Below are positions 48,942 to 62,140 of a DNA stretch of 64,000 nucleotides, piece after piece. Below the pieces are notes generated by a model. The model had not been told where the DNA came from, made no database searches, and saw nothing but the letters and a program-made list of their open reading frames with translations. The position numbers and the translations under genes are program-made. Source of the DNA: Azolla caroliniana (lineage: Eukaryota; Plantae; Polypodiophyta); contig JBHGNT010000014.1 in assembly GCA_043228905.1 (NCBI GenBank), forward strand, positions 5,456,001-5,520,000, read 5' to 3'. Numbering within the stretch: position 1 is the stretch's first letter; every line of letters starts with the position of its first letter.

Positions 48942-51900
48942 TGTTGGAAGCAATGTCGTCTGTGCGGAAGATCTTGAAGCACTCGATTCCTGTTTATTCC
49001 CTGTGTATGACAGAATGTAGGTCGTTGCACAGAGAGAGAGAGAGAGAGAGGCACAAAAGAACTTCTTATTTCATAAAGCAACAATACAACAACCAACCTC
49101 ACAAAGAGGTTACAAGGTCACTATATATAGTGACCGACTTAGGGCAACTACCCTTTATGCTAATTACATAAATGGCCAAAACGGGATGGTGTGAATACGT
49201 CCATTATACACATGTATTCGACACTCCCCCGTAATGGGCGTATACATGGGTTATCTAAGATTACAGGTATAGACTTAGGTTCTCGGACATATCAGCTTTG
49301 CACAGTAGTCGGCAGGATCCGAAGACAGAAGACCGAACTGGTCGGGTCGGAACAGTTGAAGCCGATCATTAAGGGGCTGATGTCGGTTGTCGGGAACCAT
49401 CCTGCTCTGTGTCCGGCTCTAACCGGACTGGTTTGTCGTTACGCCCATCTGATGCCGAAGAGACCGAAAACGGTCTGCCGAGAGACATTTGGTCATTCCA
49501 TCTGCGACATTATCGGTTGTGGATATTTTCTCTAGACCGATTTTCCCTGAAATGACGCAGTCCCGAACGAAGTGATATCGAACGTCGATATGTTTGGAGG
49601 CGTTGTGGTGAACCGGATTTTTCGACAAGGCAACAGCACCTTGACTGTCGCTGTAGACAACTGGAGCCGAGTCATGTTCGACTTGTCGAAACGTGTGCGC
49701 CAGCCGACCGAGCCACAAAGCTTCTTTTGCTGCGTCGGACGCAGCTACATATTCTGCTTCGGTCGTTGAGGTCGCTGTGCACTCCTGAAGTTTCGACTTC
49801 CACGAGATTGCTCCATTGCCGAATTTGAAGCAGTATCCGGTTGTTGATTTCCGACTGTCTATACAGCCGGCGAAGTCCGAGTCGGTGTAACCGACTACGC
49901 CTGAGGTTCGGTTCGGTCCGAAAAGAATGCCATGGTCTTTTGTGCCAGCCAGATATCTGAACACATGCTTGACTGCGTTCCAATGCGATCGGCCAGGATT
50001 GTGCATAAATCTGCTAACGACTCCTACGGCATGAGAGATGTCAGGCCGTGTCGCGACCATCAGGTACATAAGGGAGCCGACTGCCGGTGCATACGGTACC
50101 GACTTCATATCTTCCCCCTCCGAACCGGATGTCGGGCAGTCCCGCTGAGAGAGCCGAAGATTCATAGGGAGTGGGGTTGAAGCAGATTTGGCTGATTGCA
50201 TGTTGAAGCGTTCCAAGACACGTCCGATATAGTCGGTCTGAGACAAAAAAAGATGTCGTTTATCGCGATGCCGACTAATCTTCATGCCAAGGATGTGTCG
50301 TGCCGGACCGAGGTCCTTCATGGCAAACTTCAACCGCAGTTGCCGAACGAGATCGGCAAGTTCGCCCACGTGGCGTCCAGAAATTAGCATGTCGTCCACG
50401 TAAATGATGAGGAAGATGGGTGATCCATCTCGAGCTGTGTTGGTGAAGAGACAATGGTCCTCATCGCTTTTGGAGAAGCCGATTGATTGGATGAAGTCGT
50501 CGAACTTCTTGTACCATTGTCGCGGTGCCTGTTTGAGGCCGTATAGACTCTTCCTGAGTCGGCAGACTAGATGTTCTTGGCCAGTTGCCACGAAGCCTTT
50601 TGGCTACTCCATATAAATTTCCTCCTCGAGATCACCATGGAGGAAGGCTGTTTTGACATCTAGCTGAATCAGCTCCAAGTTGTCGGCTACCACGACGCCG
50701 AGCAGAAGACGAAGGGTTGTCATTTTCACCACTGGTGAAAAAATCTCGTCGAAGTCGACGCCATATTCTTGTCGGAAGCCCTTCGCAACTAATCTGGCCT
50801 TGTACTTTGGGGTGGTCGAATCAGACGTCTCTTTTAGTCGATAAACCCACTTCCAAGGAAGAGCACGTCGGTTCCTAGGTAATTCGACCAGATCCCAAGT
50901 CTTGTTTGCCCGGATGGAGTGCATTTCCGACTCCATCGCCAGATGCCAGGTGGCCGAATCGACAGATGTCGATGCTTCTTCATAAGACGTCGGTTCGCCG
51001 GCGTCGGTGAAGAAAATTCCAGGAGAATACCTCTCCGGAGGTTGCGACAGTCTCTCGGATCGTCGAGGTATGATTGGACTGGTCGCATCGGGTATCGAGG
51101 TCGGATGGTCCGAAACCGAATCATTCGGCTGTGCCGAGTCAGAGTTGTCCGAGTCGGTAGTATAAGGTTCAGCTACCCGTGAAGCTGACCGTGTGTTGAG
51201 AGCGGGGCCTTCTTGAAGGGTCGGCACATCGGAGAATGTTACCCTTCGGACTTCGATCGGTTTTTCGACTGATGGATTCATAGCCGACTCGTTGAACACA
51301 ACGTCCGAACTTCGAACGATTTGTCTGCGTTCGGGGTCCCAGAGTCGGTATCCCATTTCGCCGTCTGATCCATATCCAAGGAAAATGCATTTCCTGGACC
51401 GAGGTGCAAGTTTTCGGCGATCATCTTTCGGAATGAGGGCGTACGCCTCGCATCCGAAGATCCTCAGCTTGTCGTAATTCGGCTTGCTGCCGATCCATAG
51501 TTCCTGAGGAATTTGAAGTCCTAGAGGTCTACTTGGCGACATATTGATTATGTGTACTGCCGTGAGTAGAGCCTCTGCCCAGAAGCCATCCGACAGTCCG
51601 GAGTGTTGGAGCATGGAAACTATCCGTTCTTGGATTGTCCGATTCATGCGTTCGGCAATCCCGTTTTGCTCCGGACTGTGTGGTGCCGTAAATTCACGTC
51701 GGATGCCGCGTTGTCGGCAGAATTTGACGAATTCGTCGGATTTGAACTCTCCCCCATTATCGGTCCGAAGGCATTTCAGCTTTCGGTCGGTTTGATTTTC
51801 TACCATAGCGAGCCAATCGGTGAAGATCGAGAAGACACGATCTTTGGTGCGAATTGGATAAGCCCACACCTTTCGAGTCGAATCGTCAATAAAACTGACG

Positions 51901-54290
51901 AAGTAAGAGGCACCGCCTAGAGACTGATTCGGCATTGGGCCACAGACGTCCGAATGGACTAAATCGAGAGGTCTCGTCTCTTTTGGTGCTGATGTCGGGT
52001 GTGATGCGGCTACTTGTTTGCCATACTGGCAATGCTCGCAAAATTGATGGTCCGAGAAGGAGAGTTTGGGGATGTATCCGGCGCTAGATAGGTGCGTGAT
52101 GCCGGCCTTGCTGAGGTGTCCTAATCTTCGGTGCCATAATGATGACACAGGAATATCCACCAAAAACAGGTTACCCTCTCTGAGTGTAACATGTAACGGA
52201 TACAGTGAGTGTATCTTGGGTCCTCTAGCAAGTAGGAGGTTCCCCCTGTGGAGTGTCCACCCTCCCGAAGAAAAACCGGCACGAATGCCGTCTTCATCTA
52301 GTTGTCCGACTGAGATCAATGGCCTTGTGAGCTCGGGTACATGTCGGACATTGTGGAGTACAAGTGTAGAGCCACCTGCAAGGTTGAGCTCTACTGTGCC
52401 GATTCCGATGATGTCACAGTGTTGTGAGTTGCCGACCCGAACTGAGTCGGAGTGACGGATCGTATATTGCCGAAATTGGGACCGATGAGGAGTCACATGA
52501 AATGACGCGCCCGAATCCAAGAGCCATGTGCTCGATTCTTCAGTCGTGAGCAGAACTTCTGATCCGACTGGATTTTCGATTGATAGTATATTCGGGTCGT
52601 CCGGTAGTACATCAGCTGAGGAGCTGACGTAATTGATCTCCTCATGCCGGCCACTCTTCTTGTTGTTCTTGTTCTTGAGTGCGCGGCAGTCGGCTTTGAT
52701 GTGTCCGGGTTTCTTGCAATAGTTGCAGATTCGGTTATCCCGTGACTGGCTCCGTCTTCGCTGATTGTTCGGCGGTCGTGAGGAATCTCTTCCTCGTATG
52801 TTCGATCGGTCTGTCGAACCTTGTACTACGTAAGCGTCGTCTGTTGAGTCTTTGGCGAAAGACTTTCTCCGAGCTGCTTCGGTCAGGATTGCGCTCGTGA
52901 CTTCGGAGTATTTAACAGCCGTGGTTGACGCGTTGCACACGGTTGTGACGAAAGTTTCCCATGATGAGGGAAGGCTGCTCATGAGTATCATTGCTCTGAG
53001 TTCATCCTCGATTGCCGTCCCCTGAGACGAGATTTGGGATCTTATGCTTTCGTACTCATTGAGGTGTGCTTGAACCGAATCGGATTCTTTCATCCGCAAG
53101 TTGTAGAGGCGCCGGATCAGAAACATCTTCGTTGCGGCGACCTTCTTTTCGTAAGTGTCCGACAGTGTTTTCCACAGTTCGAATGCTGTCGTACACGATT
53201 GCACCGTAAAGTATACCGATTCCGATAGGTGCATCCGAATCGTGGCGCGGACGATTCTGTCCAGCTTTTGCCACTCAGTTGGTTTGTATCCTTCTAGAGG
53301 TTCTTCATTTTCGATGGGATCGATTTGCCCCTTGACTATGAGATAGTCCTGCATTTGCTCCTTCCAGAAGTTGAAGTTCGATCCATCGAACTTGCGTAGA
53401 CTCATTTCTGACGAGCCGGATGTTGATGCCATCAAATTCGGTTTCGGTTGACGAAGCTCGGTTCGGAGTTGACTACGAATCTTGTTGGAGTGCAGCCGGT
53501 TGGCTCACCCGATATCGTTCTAGTCGGATTTGAACCCGAGTCGGTTCGGCTTCGGAACTTGCTCGAATTGACTCCGGTAACTTGAGGGACAGAACCGACT
53601 GGTCTTCCTGAATGTTGCCGAGTCGGAGTGAGCCCGGTTCGCTTCGGATATATGTGCCGAATACCGATTATTGAAACCGATTATCTGGACCGATTCGGCT
53701 TCGGGTGACTGCAGCGACGAGAGAGACGGATCCGAGTGATCCTCCCGAATGTCGATCAGCCAGATGAAGCACGAATTTGGGTTGTTGTCAAAGTTGCACA
53801 AGGGGATTTCACCTCGAGCGGTTACGATCACAAGGGACAGAGTACAACCTGCTGGCTTACTCCAAGCAAAGATGATCTAACGCGATGAGATGCAAACATG
53901 GTTTTTCTTCTTCTTCTCTCTTCTTCGAATGACGCAGGAAACCGAATGCAGAGACGACGGCCGACAGCGGATTGAAGGACCGACTACTGTGCAGGCTCTG
54001 ATACCAGATGTTGGAAGCAATGTCGTCTGTGCGGAAGATCTTGAAGCACTCGATTCCTGTTTATTCCCTGTGTATGACAGAATGTAGGTCGTTGCACAGA
54101 GAGAGAGAGAGAGAGAGGCACAAAAGAACTTCTTATTTCATAAAGCAACAATACAACAACCAACCTCACAAAGAGGTTACAAGGTCACTATATATAGTGA
54201 CCGACTTAGGGCAACTACCCTTTATGCTAATTACATAAATGGCCAAAACGGGATGGTGTGAATACGTCCATTATACACATGTATTCGACA
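48942..54290 (-). mobile_element. Full-length young Ty1/copia element I (5349 bp), TSD TTGTG
   Basis: 282-bp LTRs 48942-49223 and 54009-54290 identical by eye; PBS GGCTCTGATACCA at 53994-54006; PPT GGGGGAG beside 49223. Confidence 0.98.
49419..53435 (-). pseudogene. copia I gag-pol with a single in-frame TAG at 50604-50606
   Basis: 943-aa and 390-aa ORFs in the same frame: EEIYME*PKGFV. Confidence 0.93.
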
Positions 54291-57200
54291 TTGTGTCCGC
54301 CTCCTGCTCCCTATAATGCGACAATTGATTTTCATAGGTTGTTTGCAACCTCTGTAATACCATTGTCGCTCTTTCCTTATCTTCATGGTTCTGTTTGTGG
54401 AGCTCCATCCGGTCATTCGCCGCTTCCTCCAATAGCTTGGAACTCTCAGCTCGTTCTTCGGCGAGTGCCGTTGTGGCCCTATCAACTTCTTGCTGGAGCT
54501 CGGCCATCCGTTCCTGTTGTTGCTTATACTTCGTCTCCAACTGCTTGTAGTCCCGGTGCAGATGGTTAAAATCATCGGTCTTCTACTTCAACCTCTGGTT
54601 GATCTGCCGGCGCGCGCAGTCCTCCCGGTCCTTCTGTTGACGGAGTTCCTCCTTCAGCCTCTCGATTTCCGTCTCCGCTATCCGTCGCAGCTTGTCTTTT
54701 TCCTGCAGCAATTTCTCTTTTTCCTCCTTTAGCCGGTCGTAAGCATGATGTCCTTTACGCAGGTTTTCCTTTGCCCGGCGAAGGTTCTTAGCAGTCTTTT
54801 TTAATTCTTCTTCGGCCGCCTTCTTCAAGTCGCGTTCGCGGCTCTGTAATGCTTCTTGTGCGGCAAGTTCATCTCGTAATTCCGCAAGCTCTTGGGCTTG
54901 CGCCGCATCTTTTTCTGGGACACTTTGTGTCTCCGGGGTCTTATTCATATGTACATCAACCGAAGTCACCGGTGCTTGGATCTGCATTGCGGTTAAGGCC
55001 ATTTTTGCCATGTCTCTTGTGATCCGATCCAAGTCTTGTTCGAGGCACCGGATCCTTGACCGGGCCGTCTCCAATTCGTTGGTGGTGACGAGCAACCGTT
55101 CCGTTTTCGCTCTTTCCTCCGCCTCTATGCATCCGACTACTCCGGCAATTTGTTCTCCTATCCACCAGAGCCATTGGCTGCCGATGCACTATTGTTGCGC
55201 TTGCACGGAGGGTTCGTTGATGGGTTCACTCGTCGGTGGCTGGTCCCGCCTTACTACGTCGAGCTGCACTTCTGGTTCTGCCAGCAGACCACTTTGTCGT
55301 TCCGGCTCTGAGTGTGTTTCGGCTAGCCGCCCCTTGTCTGCTTGTTCTTGGCCGCCTGGGAAGGTTGGCCTTTGTATATCTAGCTCTTGAGTTACGGGAC
55401 TGTTGTTGCCTGTTGCGCAGGGACTTCTATGACCGGTTCCATCCGAACCGGTTCCGGTGCCTCCCTTGGCGTGGGATGCTTAGTGTGAGTTGCGGGCGTT
55501 CCATCCTTCTGTAGGTCCGAACGCTTCCCGACTGATTCAGCGGTGCTCTTCACTGGCCACCGTTGGAGGTGCTCCATGGGTTCTTCCTCCATTTCCTTCG
55601 CCTGAGTCCCGACATTCATTCTTGCCGCCAAAGTGTCCGTTTCTTGCTGCACCAGTCGGTGGAGTGGGCTCTTCAGGGCCCGTGCTAGTGTCTCCTCATG
55701 TGTGTCTGTCGGCCGCTTCCGGCTGGCATGCTCCTTCGCCGCATTTTTTGCGTTAGCCGTCTTCCCCTTAGTGGCCTTGGAGGCCAACAGCTGTTGTCGT
55801 TTCGAAGTAGGTTTCGGGGTGTCGTCCGTTGCTCTTCCTCGCTTCTTGGTCTAGACGGGCTTGACCGGCGGCACCAATAGGGTGAGCCATTGCGTCACCG
55901 CATGCCATATTTTCCGGCCTTCCATGCCATCCTTTCCTCTTACTATATCAATAGTCGTACACAGCCCGTCGGCGATCAACACCGGCCAATCCACCTTGAC
56001 CCCTTCGTACGTTGCGATGATCAAGCCTGCTCGGTTATGAGGCATGACGGGGGGTCAAGGTTACACGTGGCCAAACTCATGGAGCGCACAGGCAATTTCG
56101 CGGAATAGCATATCTTCGCCGCCCTGTGTCCTGTAGCCCTTGCTGGCGAGAGATTACTCACCGAAATATTTGATGAGTTGCTCGGAGGTAGGATTGTCGA
56201 TCGTGTAGGTGCCTCCCTCCGGAAGGCCTATTAACGCACGGATCGCCTCCTCCGTGATACCTCTGTGTCGATTTCTTTGATAATCTTTTCGGCCTCATGT
56301 GGCGCCGCCTCCATGATCGTTAAGAAACCCTCCAGTTTGTGCTGCTGTAGCCATTTCTTGGCGGCTTCAGACAACGTTTGGCAATCCATCTCTGCGTCGA
56401 GGTCGGAGAGCGTTGGCGAGGTTTGGTGGTGGGGAGAGTGTGAGAGAGAAAGTTCCGAGGGAGGGGGTTCTCTGTGTGCGAGCTCTCTGCGATTGATCTT
56501 CACGCGTTTATCTGCGTCTGTTCTCCTTGGTTCGCGATAGGAGAAGGTCTCGATGCGTGGGGGTTTTTCTCTCTGCATCTTAGCGCCTTTTTCCAGCCTC
56601 CGCATGTGCAGGTCGTGTACAATAATAGCATTGCGTGTCATGTGGCGTGCCTATTCATAGCCCCTCGTACCTCTTTGGCGTGCCTCTTTACTCCTCGTTT
56701 GCATGGCCGTTTCCACCACTCCTTTTCATGATTTATTTCATTCCATTTGATTTTTTTATATTTTTTATATTTTTCTTTTGTTGAAAAGTTAATTGTGTGG
56801 TTAATTTTTTTCCGGTCCTATCGGACCCTTACCCGAATCGCGCACCTTGCTAACCTCTTGACGGTTTGCCATCGTTATGCTTTCCCTGGTTGCCGGCTCG
56901 TGCTCCCCCTTACCGGCTTGGGGGTAGTTGTTTTCCTCACGGGTTGCCGTCGTGGTTGGCCTGCCGGCGTCTGATTCAGCGTCGGCCCTTTGTTCAAATG
57001 GGTTCTTTGGCATAGGTCCTTTGTATGGCTTTAGTCTAAATCCATTGACCCATTTACCCAACACCTTGCCGGCAAGTGTCCCTAACTGGTAAGACCCATT
57101 AAACCCGTGTGTGATCTAGTACGGTCTGGTCCATCTAAACCGTAGCTTGCCTGGCATTTTACCCATCCGGGTCTAGAACACTAGTATCGGCTTGCCGATT

Positions 57201-58289
57201 TCGAACATTTTCTCGTTTCCCTTCTAGTGCCGATCTACAAACGCTTTCCGTCACCATTGTTACAATTCCAGGTGCATGATGCTCGCCAGTCGGTGTTCTT
57301 CTAGTTCACACAGAGCCTTTAACCGAATTGCCTCTGATTCCTTTTAATTAAGTCGTTTCCCGAATCTGAATCCGTAAGCTCGGTACTTGGAATTCGACCG
57401 GCTTGACTACCTCTAATCCGAATGCTAACCGGAACGGTGTTGTTTGGATGCTTGTTTTGTACACTGTCTTGTAAGCCCAGAGCGCACTGTGCAACTTCGT
57501 GTCCCAATCCGTCCGATTCTCATTGACGATCTTGCGTAGGATATTCTGTAGCGTTTTGTTTGTTGACTCCGCTAATCCGTTGGCTTTTGGGTAGTACGGG
57601 GTGCTCCGTTTATGTACTACCGCATAGAATGACGTCAAGCTCTCCACCACCTGTCCAAGAAAGTGCCCTCCTTGGTCACTTATCAGCTCTATGGGGCATC
57701 TGTACCGGCACCAAATGCATTCATATAAGAATTTTGTCGTCGACGCCGCGGTGTTATCTCGTAAGGTTTTGGCTTCCACTCATTTAGTGCAGTAGTCCAT
57801 CGCGACGATCACATGCCGGTTGCCAGTTCTCATTGCTGGTGGTTTAAATGGTCCGACAAAATCCAGTTCCCATTTCTGAAATGGTTCTAGTGGTAGTACT
57901 GGCTAGTGCGGCATCCTAGCTTGTTCTGTTGGCTGGCCCATTCGCTGGCATAGATCACACTCTTTCGCGTACCGGACTACGTCTTTCAATGTAGTCGGCC
58001 ACCATAGGCCACTTTGCCATATTTTCCTTGCTGTCGCATCTCCGGCGACTCCGCAGTGTGCTTCCCGTAGTATTACCTCCTTCTCGTCGTTGCGCACCGC
58101 TCGTCGCCATATACCATCCGCACCTTTGTGGTATAACGTGTCCTGTAAATAACAGAAGTGCCGACTTTGTACCGCCAGGTGCTTCCTCTCGTCCCGGTTC
58201 ATCTCCTCCGAAGGCAATCCGGTACTCAAAAACTGGTGCATATTAGTTAGCCACTTATCTTCTTGTGCCACCATTTCATCTGTTGCCAT

Positions 58290-58953
58290 TGTCGTGATGT
58301 GGCATGTCTAGTGCGAGAAAAAGTCAAAAATTGAGGATCCACACACATTTCACGAATACTTGAAAAAATGAAAATAAATAAACCTAGGTCACAATGGCAT
58401 TGAGTGCATGTAGAGGGTTACAAGTAAGATTTGAACCTTGCACCTCTAAGGTAAGAGGCAATTACCTTACCACTAAAGCTACTACTAAGTGCTTTAGATG
58501 TTCTATATTTCTTTCTCATATTCAGTATTCCGTAGGAAACAAACAAACAAAACCGTGTACACAAAACCACGGTTTTAAGCCCATGGTTTCCTGCATGTCA
58601 CAAAGCAAAACTGTGTGCACAGAAACCATCGCTCCAAGCCCATGGTTTTGTGCATGGACAAACATATAAAACCCCTAGTACGGCTTGTGTAAAGGGGGGG
58701 GCTCAATATGATATCATGATCATCATCACCATCAATAATATAAGCTTCCATTTCTTCTTCTTCGCATCTATCTTGTAATGATTTATCTACTTCTCAAGTG
58801 TACAATCTTCAATCTTCTCAAGTGTAATAGGTCTTCCTCCAATCTTACATTCACATCATCCTCTTCTCAATACCTTGACGGACATCCTCCTTGGTCCAAG
58901 ACCCCGGTGGTCCTACTCAAGTGAAGCACGCTCGCACGCGCATCTTCGCGACA
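58290..58953 (+). repeat. Solo LTR of the TGTCGTGA family, 4-bp TSD CCAT/CCGT
   Basis: TGTCGTGATGTGGCATG...CTTCGCGACA; removing it restores the RH-INT linker. Confidence 0.88.
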
Positions 58954-59811
58954 CCGTTTCCGTGGTGACTTGAAAAAGCTCTGCATCCGGAAACTCGTCC
59001 GGTACTCCGTCACCCATTTCGCCGGAATCTAACCAGCTTAGATAATCCGCTACCGCATGTTGTATGCCGGGTCGGTGGAATATCTCGAACTCGAACTCCT
59101 GCAACAGCAAAGTCCACCGGGCCAACTTACCGGTAAGTGAGGCTTTGGATACTAGGTAGAGGAGTGCCGAATGATCTACATGGAAGGAAAACTTTCTCCC
59201 CAATAAATAGTGCCTGAATTTTGTTACGATGTAGATCATGCCTAAAGCTTCCCTTTCCGTGGTGGAGTAATTTCATTCGACTTGGGATAACTTCCGGTTT
59301 GCGTAATATACAAGCCGGTACCATCTTGGCTCCGTAAGTTGCATCAACGCACTCCCGATTGCAATGTCGGACGCATCCACGAACACATTAAATTCCTTCG
59401 CCCAATCCGGGGGTTGCACTACCGGCGCTTGCGACAATAGAACTTTGAGTGCCCGGTACGCCTTGTCTTCGGTGTCTGTCCACTGGAACGGTGTTCGGTG
59501 TACCACAGCATGCAGTGATGTAGCTAGGTCCGCCAAATACCGGAGCATTCGGCTATGCCAACGGATTTGTCCTAAGAAATGACTCAATGCCTTTGCCGTT
59601 GTTGGTGTCGGTGCCTCCAGGATTGCTTTTACTTTGTCCGGATCTACGGCAATGCCTTCCTTGCTCACAATATGCCCTAGTAGGGTTCCGCTGAACACTC
59701 TAAATACACACTTCACCGGATTCAGGCTTAGCCGGTACGCCCTACACTTCTCTAGACATAGTCTGAGGTGCTGCAAATGATCTTCTTCTCGGCTATAGAC
59801 GATGATGTTGT

Positions 59812-60455
59812 TGTTAAACACAGTGCTCGGCCACAACCGAGGAATAGGATCAACTCACAGAAAACAGGAAATACAAAATGCTCGAAGACAATAGAGAGAA
59901 GAGTGCACAGGATGTTTTACGTGGAAAACCCTAAATGGGAAAAAACCACGGGAGTCCTCAAACTCCAACTATCACTATAAACAGAGATGTACAATGGTGA
60001 AGCTACAAGGCAACAACCTTGAGCTCACTGTCTTCGCCACAGGCGGCGGTAATACACAGAGGCAACGACCTCTTCGTCTCTCTCTCTCTCACTCTCTCTC
60101 TCGGCTGCTCTCACTTCGCTCCCTCTAAGTGGAAAACAAGAAGAATGAGCAACAACCTATAAACTGTTTGCCCTAAGTCATATTTATACACATATGACTT
60201 TCGGGCTATTTACAAATATAGCCTCAAGGGCCCTTGGCAAACATATTCACAAATATGTCCCCGCATCCGGATCTCTCTCCGGGTACATTCGTCATCCGGC
60301 TCCGTAGCCGGGGTCTTCATCATCCGGCTCCGTAGCCGGGTACTCTTCATCCGGCTTCATGCCGGGTACTCTTCATCCTCCGGTTCCGTAACCGCAACCG
60401 GGCTTGCCGTCATTCATCTCCGGACATCCCATCCGGAGGGACCGAAATCCCAACA
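59812..60455 (-). repeat. Solo LTR, copia A family, TSD GTTGT
   Basis: GTTGT-TGTTAAAC...CCCAACA-GTTGT; right half near-identical to 3940-4233. Confidence 0.95.
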
Positions 60456-62140
60456 GTTGTCAAGGAACACCTGCATAAAAGCCGGTATGTATTCGCCAAA
60501 GATCTCCATGATAATCCGTTGGAATGTTGCCGGTGCCATTTTCAGTCCGAACATCATCACCACGGCAACAAACACTCCCCATTTGGTGACGAAAGCCATT
60601 TTCTCTTGATCATTAGGGTGCATCCAGATCTGATTATACCCACTGAATCCGTCTAAGAAACTGTAGACTTCATGGCCGGCGACGACATCCAAAACTCCAT
60701 CCGTAAATGGAAGTGGAAATGCATCCGTTACCGTTGCCGCATTGAGCTTCCGGTAGTCGACACAAACTCTAATTTTGTCGTTCTTCTTCGGTACAACTAC
60801 GATCGGGCGATTTCTTTACAGGACGGATGAAGCCAACCCTCAGCAATTTGTCGATTTCCTCCTTGACTTTGGCGGCGTAGTTTGGGTTCATCCGGTACCG
60901 ACGCTGTGCTACAGGCTTGGCGTCTTTACTCCGATGTATCTGGTGCTGATACAACTAAGGATCCAGCCCTCTCATATCCTCGTAAGACTAGGCAAATACG
61001 TCGCGAAACTCGTTGAGGAGTGTAATCATCGCCGTTTTGTTCTTTGCATTCATTTCTTTGGCGACGTGCACCGGTTTTACCTCCTCCAACGTTCCTAGAT
61101 TTACCTCTTCTAATTGAGACATTTTTACGCGCTGTGATACGGCCATTTCTCTTTCCAACGCCTCCTGCGCTTGCTGTAACTCCCGGATTGCTTCTTTATT
61201 CGGTTCCGCTTCGGTTCCATCCGGTTGCAGTAAGTAGGGTGATACTGCTTCGGCGACGTCAATTTCGAATAGGGGTACAATCTTCAAGTTCTCCTGCAAG
61301 TACTGATCTTTTCTTCGTCTGCTAATCCTTCCATCATATTGACGCACTCCGCATATAACGGTGTTAGATCCTTGACGGTGCCCCTCCTTGGTTGTGTTGG
61401 TACCCGTACCTTCGCTTTTCCCCGCCGGAACGTAATCATATTCCTCCTCCAGTTCTACTTGATGTGTGCCGTCTTTAACTAAGGGTGTCCCAACAATAAT
61501 GGGTACGCTCCTTGAGCCTGCAACTGGAGAACTACGGCTGAGATTTGGAATGTGTGGCCCCCGATGGTTACTTCTATGTCCCGTATTAATCCTGTCGGTT
61601 GCACCGAGCTTGTGTCCGCCATTCGGAGCCAGAACGGACATCGCTCCCACTCTTGGATTCCAAGAGCATCGCACGTCCGGAGGCTTATTACATTAACGTC
61701 GGAGCCTCCATCTATTACCGTGCCAGGGAGTTCTTTCCCTTTCACAATGGCAATAATTGCCGGACTGTTAGTGTCCACCACCGCCGGTCCCTCCTCCGGA
61801 TTTGAGAAGAATGCCGGAGCCGGTGGTGTTCCGCCTATCGTCATGCCGAAGTTGAGTCCTTCTGTGAATCTTGGTACTAGCTGCAAGAGTCGTCCTAACG
61901 GCAGCGTGATCTGGCATTCCTGCAATGCCTGCCATGTCACGTTTTCGGATTGATTGCCGCTGGCGAGCTCTTCGGTATTCTCCTTTTGCTGCGTAAGTTC
62001 TGCTACGTTTCGCTCATTTGCCTTTTTCACCCATTCCGTTGCTTGTTTCCGGATGGCCTCTTGTGTCTCCCATTCCGTCGTCTTGCCCTTCGACCTTGTG
62101 GTGACCTGTTGTAGGTCTGCGACTTCGGCGACTACCATGT

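Larger units (their letters stand above)
48242..56400 (-). pseudogene. 3' extra ORF of G (about 900 aa reconstructed), split by copia I
   Basis: Sense-strand ORFs 56231-56641, 55851-56045, 55392-55787, 54583-55095, 54271-54540, 48626-48941, 48242-48517; frame rejoins across the TSD (EQEADT|IRIIKQLK). Confidence 0.75.
56801..62138 (-). pseudogene. G pol (PR-RT-RH-INT), fragmented
   Basis: VIDGGSDVN, FLDGFSGYNQI, VDASDIAIG, EAHCGVAG/CDLCQ, ISDQG, NGLAESTNK. Confidence 0.92.

Noticed and set aside
50604-50606. Programmed stop-codon readthrough
   Set aside because: The stop lies inside the conserved RT motif YMEQP and fits a C>T change from CAG.
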